From Candidatus Oxydemutatoraceae bacterium (GTDB lineage: Bacteria; Pseudomonadota; Gammaproteobacteria; Poriferisulfidales; Oxydemutatoraceae): DNA of 64,000 nt. The translations under genes were made by a program, and so were the position numbers. Location: NCBI GenBank assembly GCA_965218975.1, contig OZ244717.1, forward strand, positions 32,001-96,000. The letters are read 5' to 3'. Each line of letters opens with the position of its first letter. Position 1 is the first letter of the stretch. Shown here in pieces: positions 1-10,706 of the stretch. The notes under the pieces are model-generated. The model did not search any database. It saw only the letters and a list, made by a program, of their open reading frames with translations, and had not been told where the DNA came from.

Positions 1-1045
1 TTGGTTTTATGTTTGGAGTCAACAAGATATTGATGCAGCCCTGCAAGGTGACGGCGATGCAGCCGCTTTGATTCGCCGACACTACAACCTAGGTGATGCC
101 GAAAACTTTGAGGGCAAATGGCATTTACACTTGAACGCAGCGACGGACGATCCGACACTGGCCACGGTGAAGAAAAAATTATTTGATTACCGTAACCAAA
201 GAATTAAACCGCACTTAGACAACAAAATTCTAACGGCATGGAACGCCCTGATGATCAAAGGCATGGCGAAAGCAGCAATGGTGGCGAACGAGAAACGATA
301 TGCCGATTCCGCACAACGAGCATTTCGATTTATGCAAACGACCATGTGGGATGGTAAACAGTTGCGATCATGTTGGAACAATGATGTTATGCAAACGACT
401 ATGTACCTTGATGACTGCGCCTTTTTATTAGATACGACACTGTATCTGTTACAAATGCGCTGGGACAAACAGAAATTTTCATTCGCATTGTCACTGGCAG
501 ATATTCTATTGGAACAATTTGAAGATAAACTTCATGGCGGCTATTTCTTCACTCCGGACGAACACGAAATATTATTGCAACGTCCGCGCACTTTTACCGA
601 TGAAGCGGTTCCCTGTGGTTATGGCATAGCAACATCGGCATTAATCCTCATAGGATTATTATCCGGATATGCGAAATATTTGACCAGCGCCGAACGCGCT
701 TTGGGCCAGGCGAATCGCGTTCTTGAAAAAGAACTCATGCACTGCACAACTCTTGTTCGCGTCTCGGATACTTGGGAAAATTTACCGGAGATTATCATCT
801 TGCGCGGCGCGAAGACTTTACTGCCGGACTGGCAGTATTGCGTGAATCAAACATTCAATCCGCAACGCTACTGCTTTGCGATACCGAGCGACGCAGCTGA
901 TCTTCCTCCTGCGATTGCCGACAAACCTGCAGCACAAAATTTTGCAACGGTTCGCGCTTACATTTGTCAAGGCACTGCATGTCAAAAACCGATTGATGAT
1001 CTTGATTGCTTCAGAAAATATTTAGGCCGGACTACCACTTCGTAA
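1..1045 (+). CDS. Thioredoxin-domain protein of the YyaL/SPATA20 family, C-terminal part (5' end outside window)
   Basis: Motifs R..R..PHLDNKILTAWNALMI, YLDD.AFL, D.A.P, AYICQG..C..P; frame open to the window start. Confidence 0.85.
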   Translation, partial: WFYVWSQQDIDAALQGDGDAAALIRRHYNLGDAENFEGKWHLHLNAATDDPTLATVKKKLFDYRNQRIKPHLDNKILTAWNALMIKGMAKAAMVANEKRYADSAQRAFRFMQTTMWDGKQLRSCWNNDVMQTTMYLDDCAFLLDTTLYLLQMRWDKQKFSFALSLADILLEQFEDKLHGGYFFTPDEHEILLQRPRTFTDEAVPCGYGIATSALILIGLLSGYAKYLTSAERALGQANRVLEKELMHCTTLVRVSDTWENLPEIIILRGAKTLLPDWQYCVNQTFNPQRYCFAIPSDAADLPPAIADKPAAQNFATVRAYICQGTACQKPIDDLDCFRKYLGRTTTS

Positions 1046-1047
1046 AG

Positions 1048-1842
1048 ATGAAACTGCTACGTCTGATCATTCGATTTACTTTGGTTATATTACACATCCT
1101 ATTAGGAACTATATTATGTGTTATCGCCTTGCATCACGGACTTAAAAAATCGTCTCGCCAAAAAATTATCCGTTGGTGGCTACAAACCGTCGGAAAAATT
1201 TTTGGTTTGCATATACAAACTATTGGTATCAGTCAAGAAGAACCGGTTTATTTGGTCTCTAATCATATATCGTGGCTAGATATTGTGGTACTGGGTAGCA
1301 TCCAACCGATTACTTTCCTATCCAAAGAAGAAATCAAGCACTGGCCGGTTGTCGGCTATCTGGCAAAAAAAGCAGGCACTTTATTTATCCGCCGCGGCAT
1401 CAGCGGTACCAAAGCCAAGCAGAATATTGAACAACATTTAATCAGAGGAAATAGTATCGCAATTTTCCCAGAAGGAACGACCTCCAATGGAATAGAGACG
1501 CGCCCATTTTATCCGCGACTGTTTGCTCCGGCGATGGCCGAACATATCACGATTCAACCGGTTGCACTAATTTATCCGCCTCCGGCGACAAGCAACCTTA
1601 ACAGGGTTAACCCAGTTGTTCCGCTAAAAAACAATGTGAACTTTTTTGCCAGCGTGACCGCCGTTATGAAACAGAGACATACGCCTGTTATTGTGCGTTA
1701 CGCCCGCCCAATTGCGGCTACCAACGATCAGGATCGTAAAGCAGTTGCAACCCAAGCATATCGCGCTGTTTTAGAACAAATTGATGCGGCATATTCGGAG
1801 CGACTCGCCGCCATCAACCATCTTGCTACGACCGCTGAGTAA
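1048..1842 (+). CDS. Lysophospholipid (1-acyl-sn-glycerol-3-phosphate) acyltransferase, PlsC family
   Basis: NHISWLD and IFPEGT motifs; ATG at 1048 just after the upstream stop. Confidence 0.9.
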   Translation: MKLLRLIIRFTLVILHILLGTILCVIALHHGLKKSSRQKIIRWWLQTVGKIFGLHIQTIGISQEEPVYLVSNHISWLDIVVLGSIQPITFLSKEEIKHWPVVGYLAKKAGTLFIRRGISGTKAKQNIEQHLIRGNSIAIFPEGTTSNGIETRPFYPRLFAPAMAEHITIQPVALIYPPPATSNLNRVNPVVPLKNNVNFFASVTAVMKQRHTPVIVRYARPIAATNDQDRKAVATQAYRAVLEQIDAAYSERLAAINHLATTAE

Positions 1843-2402
1843 TGCCTGTAAACGACTTTAACAAAGAGCTTCGCAAACAAGCGTCAACCCCACGCCGCTA
1901 CGGTCGCAAAATGATATTTGCCGCATGGCTCGCGATATTCGCTGTGGTATACATTTTCTTTGGCGAAACATTAGAAAATATGTATAACCCCAATCAATCG
2001 CCCGAAACCATCGCGTTAGCGGACGGCGGCGTTGAGGTTACTATGCAACAAAACCGCTATGGGCATTATTTGGTCACCGGGAAAATTAACGGAACATCGG
2101 TTAACTTTATGCTGGATACCGGCGCAACTACTATTAGCGTACCATCATCGATAGCGCGCAAAATCGGATTGCGCGGCGGCATTCCGACGCGTGTGCAAAC
2201 CGCAAACGGTGTCGCTGTCGTGTACCAAACACAGCTCGCTGAAGTGTCTATAGGTAATATCCGTCTGCATGACGTTCGTGCCAATATTAATCCTAATATG
2301 AACGATGATAAGATTTTACTTGGAATGTCTTTTCTAAAACGTTTGGACTTTAGCCAAACCGGAAAACAACTGACGATACGCCAACGTGCCGATACACTTT
2401 AA
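1842..2402 (+). CDS. Clan AA aspartic protease (TIGR02281 type), membrane anchored
   Basis: GHY, FMLDTGAT and LLGMSFL motifs; N-terminal TM segment. Confidence 0.9.
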   Translation: MPVNDFNKELRKQASTPRRYGRKMIFAAWLAIFAVVYIFFGETLENMYNPNQSPETIALADGGVEVTMQQNRYGHYLVTGKINGTSVNFMLDTGATTISVPSSIARKIGLRGGIPTRVQTANGVAVVYQTQLAEVSIGNIRLHDVRANINPNMNDDKILLGMSFLKRLDFSQTGKQLTIRQRADTL

Positions 2403-2575
2403 TCACGCGAAGCAGTGATATAGAAGCATCTATCCTAATTCCCAATGCATCGTTTCCGCTCCCTTTTCTACGCGAGGTGGCGACAAACGATATTCCTGTC
2501 AATGAAATATTCTCCCAAGCGGACCGCAACTTAAGGCCACGCTAACCATTTGCATCCTTATCGTTATAAACGGAA

Positions 2576-3409
2576 TCAGCCGCTTGCCCTCCAGCGTTGA
2601 AATAACTTTATGCCTTCAAAGCGAAATGCTTCAATCCACTGAGCTCCGTTGCCGTCCACTAGCCAATCCGCGAAAATTTTCGCATCTCTATAATGTACAT
2701 GAGGATGCTTTTTAGGATTAACCAAAACTACACTATACGGATTGATCAATGGTGGAATATTTTCCACCAACACTTTCAGATTGGCACGATTTTTGAAGCT
2801 AAACCAAGTCGCACTGTCGGAAAGCGTATAAGCACGCAGTTCATTTGCCATATTCAATGCTGCTCCCATACTATTGCCGATTTCGATGTACCAATGGTGG
2901 TATTTCGAATTGACTTGAATATCAGCGAATCGCCACAGCGACAATTCTTTTTTATGAGTCCCGCTGTTATCCCCACGCGAGATAAACGGTATACGGCCTT
3001 GAGCGATCTTACGTAACGCCGACGAAATATCCTTAGTAGCGGCAATCTCTGCAGGATCATTCTTGTCACCGACTAGAATATAGTAGTTATACATAAATGT
3101 TCGGCGCTCAATACCGTCCCCTCGCGCGACAAATTCATGTTCGGATTGCTCATCATGGACAAGTACCAGATCGGCGTCACCTTTACCCGCGATATTTAGC
3201 GCACGCCCGGTTCCAACTGCAATGACACGCACGCCGATGCCGGTTTCTTCAGAAAATTTTGGTAAAACATAACTATAAAAGCCCGAATTATCCACGGATG
3301 TGGTTGATGCCAGTGTAATTGAACGCGATGTAGCATCATCGCTTACTAGCGACACCGCTGCAGCAATAATTAAGCCGAGACTAATGCCTGCAAGCGCATA
3401 AATTCGCAT
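2576..3409 (-). CDS. tupA: Tungstate ABC transporter substrate-binding protein
   Basis: STTS.DNSG, AVGTG.AL, FISRGDNSGTH motifs. Confidence 0.9.
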   Translation of the reverse strand: MRIYALAGISLGLIIAAAVSLVSDDATSRSITLASTTSVDNSGFYSYVLPKFSEETGIGVRVIAVGTGRALNIAGKGDADLVLVHDEQSEHEFVARGDGIERRTFMYNYYILVGDKNDPAEIAATKDISSALRKIAQGRIPFISRGDNSGTHKKELSLWRFADIQVNSKYHHWYIEIGNSMGAALNMANELRAYTLSDSATWFSFKNRANLKVLVENIPPLINPYSVVLVNPKKHPHVHYRDAKIFADWLVDGNGAQWIEAFRFEGIKLFQRWRASG

Positions 3410-4098
3410 ACCTCCTTCTCCTGCGAGTGATCAAAAAATTCATTAACGCCACACTGCTTAATGCATCTCCCATAGTCAAGAAAGATAATTTCATCGCATA
3501 ACCTTCTGACTTGCGCAAGGTTATGTGATGAAAAAATAATTTTAATGTTTTGTCGTTTGAGTCTGAGAATTAAATCTTCAACTGCTTTTGAAGATAACAA
3601 ATCCAAACCCGCGCTAGGTTCGTCCAGCAAAATAATTTCCGGTTTTAACAGCCACGCACGCGCAATGGCAAGCCTTTGTTGTTCACCTCCCGACAACGAA
3701 ACAGCATTACGATCGCCAAACTCATGTAAACCAACCAAACTCAGCGCTTCGCTGATATATCGGCTCTGTAGCGGACGACCAATACCGCGCAAGGACAAAA
3801 CATAGCTCAAATTAGCACGCACGCTGCGACTCAGCAAACAGGGCCGTTGAAAAACCATTGCAATTTTACGTCCCATCTGCTTAGGGCTCTTTCCTTGCCA
3901 TTGAATTGACCCGCCACTTGGCGGCAACAAACCATGACATACTTTCAGAAAAGTACTTTTACCAGCGCCATTAGGGCCGACTAAAGCGATACAATTATTT
4001 ACCCCGCTAGTCAAGCTTATCTGCTTGAGTATCGCATTACCATCTATTTGACAGCTAACATCTTGCATTAACAAATAGGGAGTCCGATTATTCATCAC
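3370..4098 (-). CDS. tupC: Tungstate ABC transporter ATP-binding protein
   Basis: Walker A GPNGAGKS, LSGGE, Walker B LLDEP; lies between tupB and tupA. Confidence 0.85.
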   Translation of the reverse strand: MMNNRTPYLLMQDVSCQIDGNAILKQISLTSGVNNCIALVGPNGAGKSTFLKVCHGLLPPSGGSIQWQGKSPKQMGRKIAMVFQRPCLLSRSVRANLSYVLSLRGIGRPLQSRYISEALSLVGLHEFGDRNAVSLSGGEQQRLAIARAWLLKPEIILLDEPSAGLDLLSSKAVEDLILRLKRQNIKIIFSSHNLAQVRRLCDEIIFLDYGRCIKQCGVNEFFDHSQEKEVCEFMRLQALVSA

Positions 4099-4101
4099 AG
4101 A

Positions 4102-4797
4102 TCAAGTATCGCTAACATGGCGTAGCAGTTGAACTGCAAATGAAACTGATAAAGCGATGATGATTAAAATAATTCCTAACGCCAATGCTAACGCAAGGTT
4201 TCCTTTGCTAGTCTCCAATGCGATAGTCGTCGTCATCATCCGTGTTGCATGATTAATATTCCCTCCCACAATCAATACCGCGCCAACCTCGGCAATCGCC
4301 CGACCGAATCCTGCTAACACCGCAGTTAACAAGCTAAACCGCCCTTCCCATAATAGGGTACGCACTGAAACCCAAGTGCCACAATCCCATGAGCGCAATT
4401 GCTCGTCGTAAGCGGCATGTAGATCTTGCATTGCCTGACAGCTAAGGGAAACAATCACAGGAAAAACAATAACAAATTGTGCGATTACCAATGCAGTCGG
4501 AGTGAATAACAAATCCAACACTCCAAAAGGACCACTCGCTGACAATAGTAAATAAACGACCAAACCGACAACAACCGGCGGTAATCCCATCAAGGCGCCG
4601 AGTAAGCTAATCCAAAATTGTCGCGTGACGAACCGCCGAATTGCCAACCATGCTCCCATCGGCAAACCAACGACAGTAGCGATCACAACCGAACCGATTG
4701 TCACTTGCAAAGAAAGCAAAATAATCTCTATTAAGTCGCTGTCGAGATGAAGCATCAGGTCCACCGCAACCGATACTGCTGTGCTGAAATCACTCAT
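4102..4797 (-). CDS. tupB: Tungstate ABC transporter permease
   Basis: LMGLPPVVVGL, GFGRAIAEVGA..IVGGNI, TTIALETSKG motifs. Confidence 0.9.
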   Translation of the reverse strand: MSDFSTAVSVAVDLMLHLDSDLIEIILLSLQVTIGSVVIATVVGLPMGAWLAIRRFVTRQFWISLLGALMGLPPVVVGLVVYLLLSASGPFGVLDLLFTPTALVIAQFVIVFPVIVSLSCQAMQDLHAAYDEQLRSWDCGTWVSVRTLLWEGRFSLLTAVLAGFGRAIAEVGAVLIVGGNINHATRMMTTTIALETSKGNLALALALGIILIIIALSVSFAVQLLRHVSDT

Positions 4798-5003
4798 CGT
4801 TTTTTCGGTCTCATATTTATTTCAGAATAAAATGATAAAGCAATACTGACGAGAAGAAATGCCGGTTTAGAAAAAAACGCTGGCTGAACTTGTGCTCAAA
4901 ATGTTAAAAAATTCCGATAGAACAACCACTTATCACCGCCCCTAGACTTAAACCTTCGTCTAATGTTTAATTGCATCTCTAAAATACTTTTGAAGGAGCC
5001 CCC

Positions 5004-5513
5004 ATGGCAATTATTTCATTACAAGGTAACAAAGTAAACACAAACGGTAAGTTGCCTGAATTGTACTCAGCTGCACCGGATTTCGTTTTAGTCAATAAAG
5101 ATTTGGAAGATATCAGTCTGAAAAACTTTAAAGGTCAACCTAAACTAATCAGCATTGTGCCAAGTCTTGACACACCCGTCTGTGCAACTTCAACAAAAAA
5201 ACTTAATGAACTTGTACAAAATCATGAACACATTGCTACTCTAATTGTCTCATGCGATCTACCTTTCGCAATGTCACGTTTTTGCGCCGCCGAAGAATTG
5301 GACAATGTAACGACACTTTCAATGATGCGTTCGAATCAATTTGCTATGGACTATGGTATTTTGATTGAAGACGGACCACTTGCGGGAATCACTGCGCGGG
5401 CAATTGTCGTGCTAAATTCTGAAAACGATGTTGTCTATACTCAACTCGTCGAAGAAATCTCATCGGAACCCGATTATGATAGCCTCGCTAAGATTTTTGA
5501 TACGCTTAAATAG
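5004..5513 (+). CDS. tpx: Thiol peroxidase
   Basis: PSLDTPVC and DLPFA..RFC motifs. Confidence 0.95.
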   Translation: MAIISLQGNKVNTNGKLPELYSAAPDFVLVNKDLEDISLKNFKGQPKLISIVPSLDTPVCATSTKKLNELVQNHEHIATLIVSCDLPFAMSRFCAAEELDNVTTLSMMRSNQFAMDYGILIEDGPLAGITARAIVVLNSENDVVYTQLVEEISSEPDYDSLAKIFDTLK

Positions 5514-5526
5514 AGAAAATAGCTAT

Positions 5527-6702
5527 TTAACCCAACGCCTGACGCATAAAACTAATTTTCAAGGGTAGACAATGATTCACCCAACGCAATCCGTGACGAC
5601 GCATCGCCATCACCGGTCCGATCTGGCTGCCGAATATATGCTTAATACCTTCAAGAGATAATTTCATCGCAAGGTTGCGTCCTTTAACTGCACGTTCATA
5701 ACGGCGTAAATTTACATAATGAAAGTTTCTTCCTGCCAACACTTGTTGCAAACAATCAATGTCGGCAAACCCCATATTCGCACCTTGCCCGGCAAGCGGA
5801 TGGATACAGTGTGCCGCATCACCCACCAAAACAACACCTGGCATAGTATATTTGTCGACGATACCTCCATATAATGGAAAAGCTGCGCGTGCCGAAACTG
5901 ACAACACCGGACCGAATTGATCGGAAAAAACTTGATTGAGGCACTCGGCAAACTTCGCATCGGTGGCTTCTGTCAACTTATCAGCGAGCGTATAATTACA
6001 AGACCAGACTATAGAAGCCCGTCTCTCCCCCACCGGTAATAATGCCAAAATACCATCCGAGTGAAACCATTGCCGGCAAGTATGGTGTAACAATTGCCGT
6101 GTTTCGATTGTTGCAGTGAATGCTTGTTGTTGATAGTTAACCGTCCGATAGGAAAATCTCGACTCGTCACGAACAACGGAATGCATACCATCAGCGCCTA
6201 TAACCAAATCAGCATCGAGTGTCCGACCATCCGATAACTTTATATGTACCCGGTTCCGCCGACGTTCTAATTTCGCCAATTTCGCCGGGCATAACAATCG
6301 CACATTCGGTTGTCGACCTAAATGTTCAAACAATATTTTTCTGAGTAGCAAATCTTCAACTATAAAGCCCAGCTCAGACAATGCGAGATCGGTTGCGTCA
6401 AAATGAATTTCCGCTTTATCGTCAAAAACACGCATAGCGTAGTAAGGGTAAACTCTAGCCGTTCGGACCGCATCCCAAACACCAATTGATACAAGCAAGC
6501 TACGCGATAAAGCATTGAGTGCGTAAACACGGCCATACTCAACCGATTTGTCCCATGCTAGCGGTGTCTCGCCCAACACGCTGATTGAGAAATGTCTTTG
6601 CGCTAATACTGCGGCACAAGCCAAGCCAACGACTCCGCTGCCGATTATGATAATTTGTTGATCGCGAGACATGCTGACATCTTTCATCATACTTTCCGAC
6701 AT
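5527..6702 (-). CDS. ubiI: Ubiquinone biosynthesis FAD-dependent hydroxylase (UbiI/VisC type)
   Basis: GSGVVG, GADG..S.VR, GDAAH.IHPLAGQG.N.G motifs; directly downstream of ubiH. Confidence 0.75.
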   Translation of the reverse strand: MSESMMKDVSMSRDQQIIIIGSGVVGLACAAVLAQRHFSISVLGETPLAWDKSVEYGRVYALNALSRSLLVSIGVWDAVRTARVYPYYAMRVFDDKAEIHFDATDLALSELGFIVEDLLLRKILFEHLGRQPNVRLLCPAKLAKLERRRNRVHIKLSDGRTLDADLVIGADGMHSVVRDESRFSYRTVNYQQQAFTATIETRQLLHHTCRQWFHSDGILALLPVGERRASIVWSCNYTLADKLTEATDAKFAECLNQVFSDQFGPVLSVSARAAFPLYGGIVDKYTMPGVVLVGDAAHCIHPLAGQGANMGFADIDCLQQVLAGRNFHYVNLRRYERAVKGRNLAMKLSLEGIKHIFGSQIGPVMAMRRHGLRWVNHCLPLKISFMRQALG

Positions 6703-7955
6703 GGTTCCAGAGGTAAACCACTCGCCAATCGTGAGACGGGTGGGGACAAACCCAAACTGCGCCGTATAATCGCGCGACGCAAAGAAGGAAACACGTCGAA
6801 AGTAAGCAATGCTTTACCGCTAAACAATGGCGCAAACGGCAGTATCGTTGCGCGCGCTATAAAATCAGTGAACGCGGTGACATATTGAATATCCTGCTTA
6901 CGGCTATTTTCCCAAGAGTCTAGTAACTGATCGTCTGCCGGATTTTCCGGTGTTTCAAATAAGTACTGGGCAAGAAATGCGATATCACGCAATGTCAGAT
7001 TAAAACTTTGTCCGGCAACCGGATGTAAAGTATGCGCTGCATTACCCAATGCAACAATCGAACGATTAACCATTTTTGTAACCCTAAACAAACGCAATGA
7101 GTAAGCAGCACGTTTGCCGATTCGAATCACGTCGCCTAGCTTCCTGCCAAAATCTTCACGTAAGCGCACAGCAAAGTAACCATCGTCCCAAGCTAACACT
7201 TTCGCCGCTGTTAGATCATGCGAGACATTAGGATAAACCCAAACGACACCGTAACGCCGTCTATCTAACGGCAACATCACTAATATTCCATGCCGAGTAA
7301 AACGTTCATAAGCAACATGCTCAATATAATGTTCAGTGCGGATATTTGTCACGATCGCTGATTGCTTGTAGTCAAAAGTACGTGTATGAAAGCCAGCCAA
7401 CTCTAGTAAATCGCCACCGCCTTCTGCCAGAATAACTAAGCGCGCTTTTATCCGGTATAAGGTATCACCTTCACGTACCCGCAAACAAACACTACCGTTT
7501 TCATAAGCCAGAGACTGCACTGTTGTTTCTGCAAAAAATTTTGGGTTGGCGCTAGCATTAAGTTGTGTTTGCAAAGTTCTTAACAAAAAGGGATATGGTA
7601 TTACCCATGCCAATGCCTCCAACCCCTCTTCGTCGGCACGAATTTGTGTGACACCAAACGCATGCTTTTGTGAAACATGAATAGTCTTCACGGCAGTCGC
7701 TGCATGCACAATACCAGACCAAATTCCCAAGCTGTTAAAGATTCGTCGACTACTATCAGACAAGGTAATATTACGCCGATCAAAATTGTTATCATCGGGA
7801 ACAGCAAATTCGGGAACAGCAAATTGCAAACCCTTCGGCGCAGCATCAATAACGGCAACCCGACCCGGATAACCACGCAGGGCGAGCCCCATTACACTAC
7901 CCGCCAACCCGCCACCGACAACTATGATATCCCAGTGCTTATTTGTCAGTTGCAC
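6687..7955 (-). CDS. ubiH: 2-octaprenyl-6-methoxyphenol hydroxylase
   Basis: GGGLAG, AYERFT..G, GNAAHTLHPVAGQSFNL.LRD motifs; pepP-ubiH-ubiI synteny. Confidence 0.85.
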   Translation of the reverse strand: MQLTNKHWDIIVVGGGLAGSVMGLALRGYPGRVAVIDAAPKGLQFAVPEFAVPDDNNFDRRNITLSDSSRRIFNSLGIWSGIVHAATAVKTIHVSQKHAFGVTQIRADEEGLEALAWVIPYPFLLRTLQTQLNASANPKFFAETTVQSLAYENGSVCLRVREGDTLYRIKARLVILAEGGGDLLELAGFHTRTFDYKQSAIVTNIRTEHYIEHVAYERFTRHGILVMLPLDRRRYGVVWVYPNVSHDLTAAKVLAWDDGYFAVRLREDFGRKLGDVIRIGKRAAYSLRLFRVTKMVNRSIVALGNAAHTLHPVAGQSFNLTLRDIAFLAQYLFETPENPADDQLLDSWENSRKQDIQYVTAFTDFIARATILPFAPLFSGKALLTFDVFPSLRRAIIRRSLGLSPPVSRLASGLPLEPCRKV

Positions 7956-9265
7956 GGACCGCCACTCGCCATCATTGCTTCAATCGCATCCGGATCCTTC
8001 GGCGCCATTTCAGTCAAAACTCGATTACCGGTTGCAGTAACCACGACATCGTCTTCAATACGTATTCCCGTGTTCCACCAGCGTCGCCGGATATTAACGT
8101 CACGTTTAATATACAAACCGGGTTCCACTGTCATAACCATTCCCGGCTCAAGCATCCGCCATTTGCCGTTAACTTGGTAGTCGCCGACATCGTGCACATC
8201 CATCCCTAACCAATGCCCAGTATTATGCATATAAAAACGCCGGTAAGCGCCCTCTTTGATCAAAGTGTTTGCCGGTCCCCTTAATAAACCAAGCTCTTTC
8301 AAGCCCATAGTTAATGTTCTTACTGCCGCGTGGTGAAAATCATCATATCGGTTACCGGGCTTAATCTGGCGAATTGCATCAGACTGCGCTTGCAAAACTA
8401 CTTCATACAATTCTCTTTGGGCGGCGCTGAAACGACCAGCAACCGGATATGTCCGAGTAACATCCGAAGCATAGTTCTCCCATTCGGCGCCGGCATCTAC
8501 CAAAAGCAAATCTTTGTGCCGAAGTTTTGTGTTGTTTTTAGTGTAGTGCAAAGTACAGGCATTCACGCCGCCACCGACAATGCAAGGATAGGCAGGCACT
8601 GCACCAAGTTGACGAAACACGTGAAGAAATTCCGCTTCAACTTCATATTCATACATTTCAGGACGGCAAGCGCGCATCGCGCGGCAATGCGCCTGACAGG
8701 AAATTTGTGCCGCCCGAAACATTATATCGGTTTCCATTGCTGTTTTACGCAAACGCAATTCATGGATCAAGGGTTCTACCGGTTGCAAACAAACGCTGCC
8801 GGAATGGATACTAAGCGAACGTATAATATGACTGTTAAATTGCCATGTTTGCGCCGTCGGTTGAGGGCCATAAACCCGGGTCCGCCCGTGAATTAAATGC
8901 GGGAAAATCATTGCGAATTCATCAATCGGATATGCCTGATCCGCACCATACACACGCACCGCATCCTGACAACCTATGCGAGCACCAGTCCATAGCTCTT
9001 CTCGCGGATCTTTGGGCTGACAAAACAACGTATATCTTAGTTGACTAGCACTGCCCTCCGTGGTCAGTACCGCAATTGCATTTGGCTCCGGGAAAGCGGT
9101 TAAATAAAAGAAATCACTATTCTGGCGAAACGGATACTCAACATCATTATTGCGCAAATAAGACCCGGCGGCAGAAACCACTGCCGCGGCTGATTTTCCG
9201 ATTGCCCGCATCAGCTTGCGCCTACGTTGTCTGAGTAGCACATGCTTATCACCATTAGGCGTCAA
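7946..9265 (-). CDS. pepP: Xaa-Pro aminopeptidase
   Basis: RNNDVEYPFRQNSDF.YL, H.TGHWLGMDVHD, EPGLY, GIRIEDD motifs. Confidence 0.95.
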   Translation of the reverse strand: MTPNGDKHVLLRQRRRKLMRAIGKSAAAVVSAAGSYLRNNDVEYPFRQNSDFFYLTAFPEPNAIAVLTTEGSASQLRYTLFCQPKDPREELWTGARIGCQDAVRVYGADQAYPIDEFAMIFPHLIHGRTRVYGPQPTAQTWQFNSHIIRSLSIHSGSVCLQPVEPLIHELRLRKTAMETDIMFRAAQISCQAHCRAMRACRPEMYEYEVEAEFLHVFRQLGAVPAYPCIVGGGVNACTLHYTKNNTKLRHKDLLLVDAGAEWENYASDVTRTYPVAGRFSAAQRELYEVVLQAQSDAIRQIKPGNRYDDFHHAAVRTLTMGLKELGLLRGPANTLIKEGAYRRFYMHNTGHWLGMDVHDVGDYQVNGKWRMLEPGMVMTVEPGLYIKRDVNIRRRWWNTGIRIEDDVVVTATGNRVLTEMAPKDPDAIEAMMASGGPCN

Positions 9266-9277
9266 TTCATTCCCCTC

Positions 9278-9600
9278 TTAAAACTTCGTGCAATGAACCG
9301 TCATTTTTAGCAGTAAAACCCTACTCATATCATTGGCCACTTGCGCGTAATATCTTATTTTATTTGGCTCGGAATCTCATCAATTTTTACACGCTAAAGC
9401 TATATAAAACACCTGGAAGCGCTTCTATCAATACACCGGTGTATATGAAATAGCAGATATTAACCCACAGTAATAGTAATTTAAAAACCCGTATTTTTGA
9501 TTGTATATCTCGACGTCAGCCGGAAGAAAACTCCAAAATAAGTAATCCCCTATAGACATTTACTTAATGTTGAAAAACAGTTCATAGCCTGTACACCGCA
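9278..9600 (-). pseudogene. Possible heavily decayed ygfB (UPF0149) remnant
   Basis: Occupies the usual ygfB slot between pepP and zapB. Broken minus-strand frames give DYLFWSFLPADVE and YAQVANDMSRVLLL, loosely like the YgfB F.LLLPDD and Y.E..EYVR...LL motifs. No intact ORF. Confidence 0.35.
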
Positions 9601-9876
9601 CATCGTCTCGCACAATTTAGATTTCCCCAACAATTTTCCAATCGACATAAATTTCCTCACATTTTTTAGCGCTGTTTTTTTATTATTATTTTCAACTAGT
9701 TATAAATAATATAGCACACTATCCGTTGTCGGTTTATTTTTTTAAGCTCGGGAAAAAAACCATACTAAAAAAGTCTGTACAAAAAATTCAACAAAGACTG
9801 TCGAATTTAAACTATTGACCATTGAATTGAAATAAGTACTATTCGTTAAAATAAATATAAAAACAGAAAAAACTCT

Positions 9877-10104
9877 ATGGAAGAAAACACAAATTCAAGT
9901 TATCAAATATTATTAGAACTAGAGGAACACATAAGTACTCTTCTGGAAGATTATAAAAAGCTGTCGCAAGAAAATGACCTCCTGAGGCAAAACCAGGAAG
10001 CATTACTCAATGAGAAAGCCAACTTATTGGAGATAAATTGTCAAGTACAGGATAAAATTGAGTCAATGGTAAATCAACTAAAGATGTTAGAGAAATCCAC
10101 ATGA
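9877..10104 (+). CDS. TIGR02449/ZapB-like coiled-coil cell division protein
   Basis: LE..I..LL.....L..EN..LR coiled coil ending IESMV..LK.LE; upstream of zapA. Confidence 0.8.
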   Translation: MEENTNSSYQILLELEEHISTLLEDYKKLSQENDLLRQNQEALLNEKANLLEINCQVQDKIESMVNQLKMLEKST

Positions 10105-10442
10105 ATGAAAGCCAGTCCATAGTGGAGATAAAAGTTTTCGGCAAAACCTATCATGTTGAATGCTCTTCCGGTGAAAAGGAGAACTTATTCAGAGCGGCAA
10201 ACTACTTAGAGGAGCAAATGCGCCTCATACAAGCAAAAAACCACGGTAGAATTACCGGCGAACGTCTCTTGATAATCACCGCGTTAAACCTCGCCAACGA
10301 TCTACTCACCGCCCGACATATTTTTTCAAAAAATGAAGAAAAGCTAAACCAACATATACAAGAAATCAGTAACAAACTGATTAAAAAAATTACTCGGGAT
10401 AGCATAGATCCGACAACAAAAATTTTTGGAGCAACTCTGTGA
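10101..10442 (+). CDS. zapA: Cell division protein ZapA
   Basis: I.VFGK.Y.V.C, L..AA.YL...M, ER..IITALNLA motifs. Confidence 0.9.
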   Translation: MNESQSIVEIKVFGKTYHVECSSGEKENLFRAANYLEEQMRLIQAKNHGRITGERLLIITALNLANDLLTARHIFSKNEEKLNQHIQEISNKLIKKITRDSIDPTTKIFGATL

Positions 10443-10614
10443 TGTGCGAAAATATTCGTAATATCTTTGAGCGTATTAATAATCTTCACGGAAATCCTGC
10501 CGAGTGGTGGTGCACATACCCACCATGCTAGGGAGAGTCTAAAGCACTCAATGGGAAAGCACCGCCTTGACATTCGGTTCAAAGTGAATGAATAAAACGA
10601 CATTGTGGAGCTGC
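10431..10614 (+). ncRNA. ssrS: 6S RNA
   Basis: Directly after zapA. Termini pair (GCAACTCTGTGATGT...ACATTGTGGAGCTGC). Contains a CCTTGACATTCGGTTCAAAG block resembling the E. coli CCTTGAACCAAGGGTTCAAGG block. About 185 nt. Confidence 0.85.
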
Positions 10615-10706
10615 TTCAAAGTGAGCGTAGTGCCGACGAATTCTGATCTATTGGTTCAGATGCTGACAGCGCTATAAATCTAAACTTAGTAAGGAGACAT
10701 TTCATT

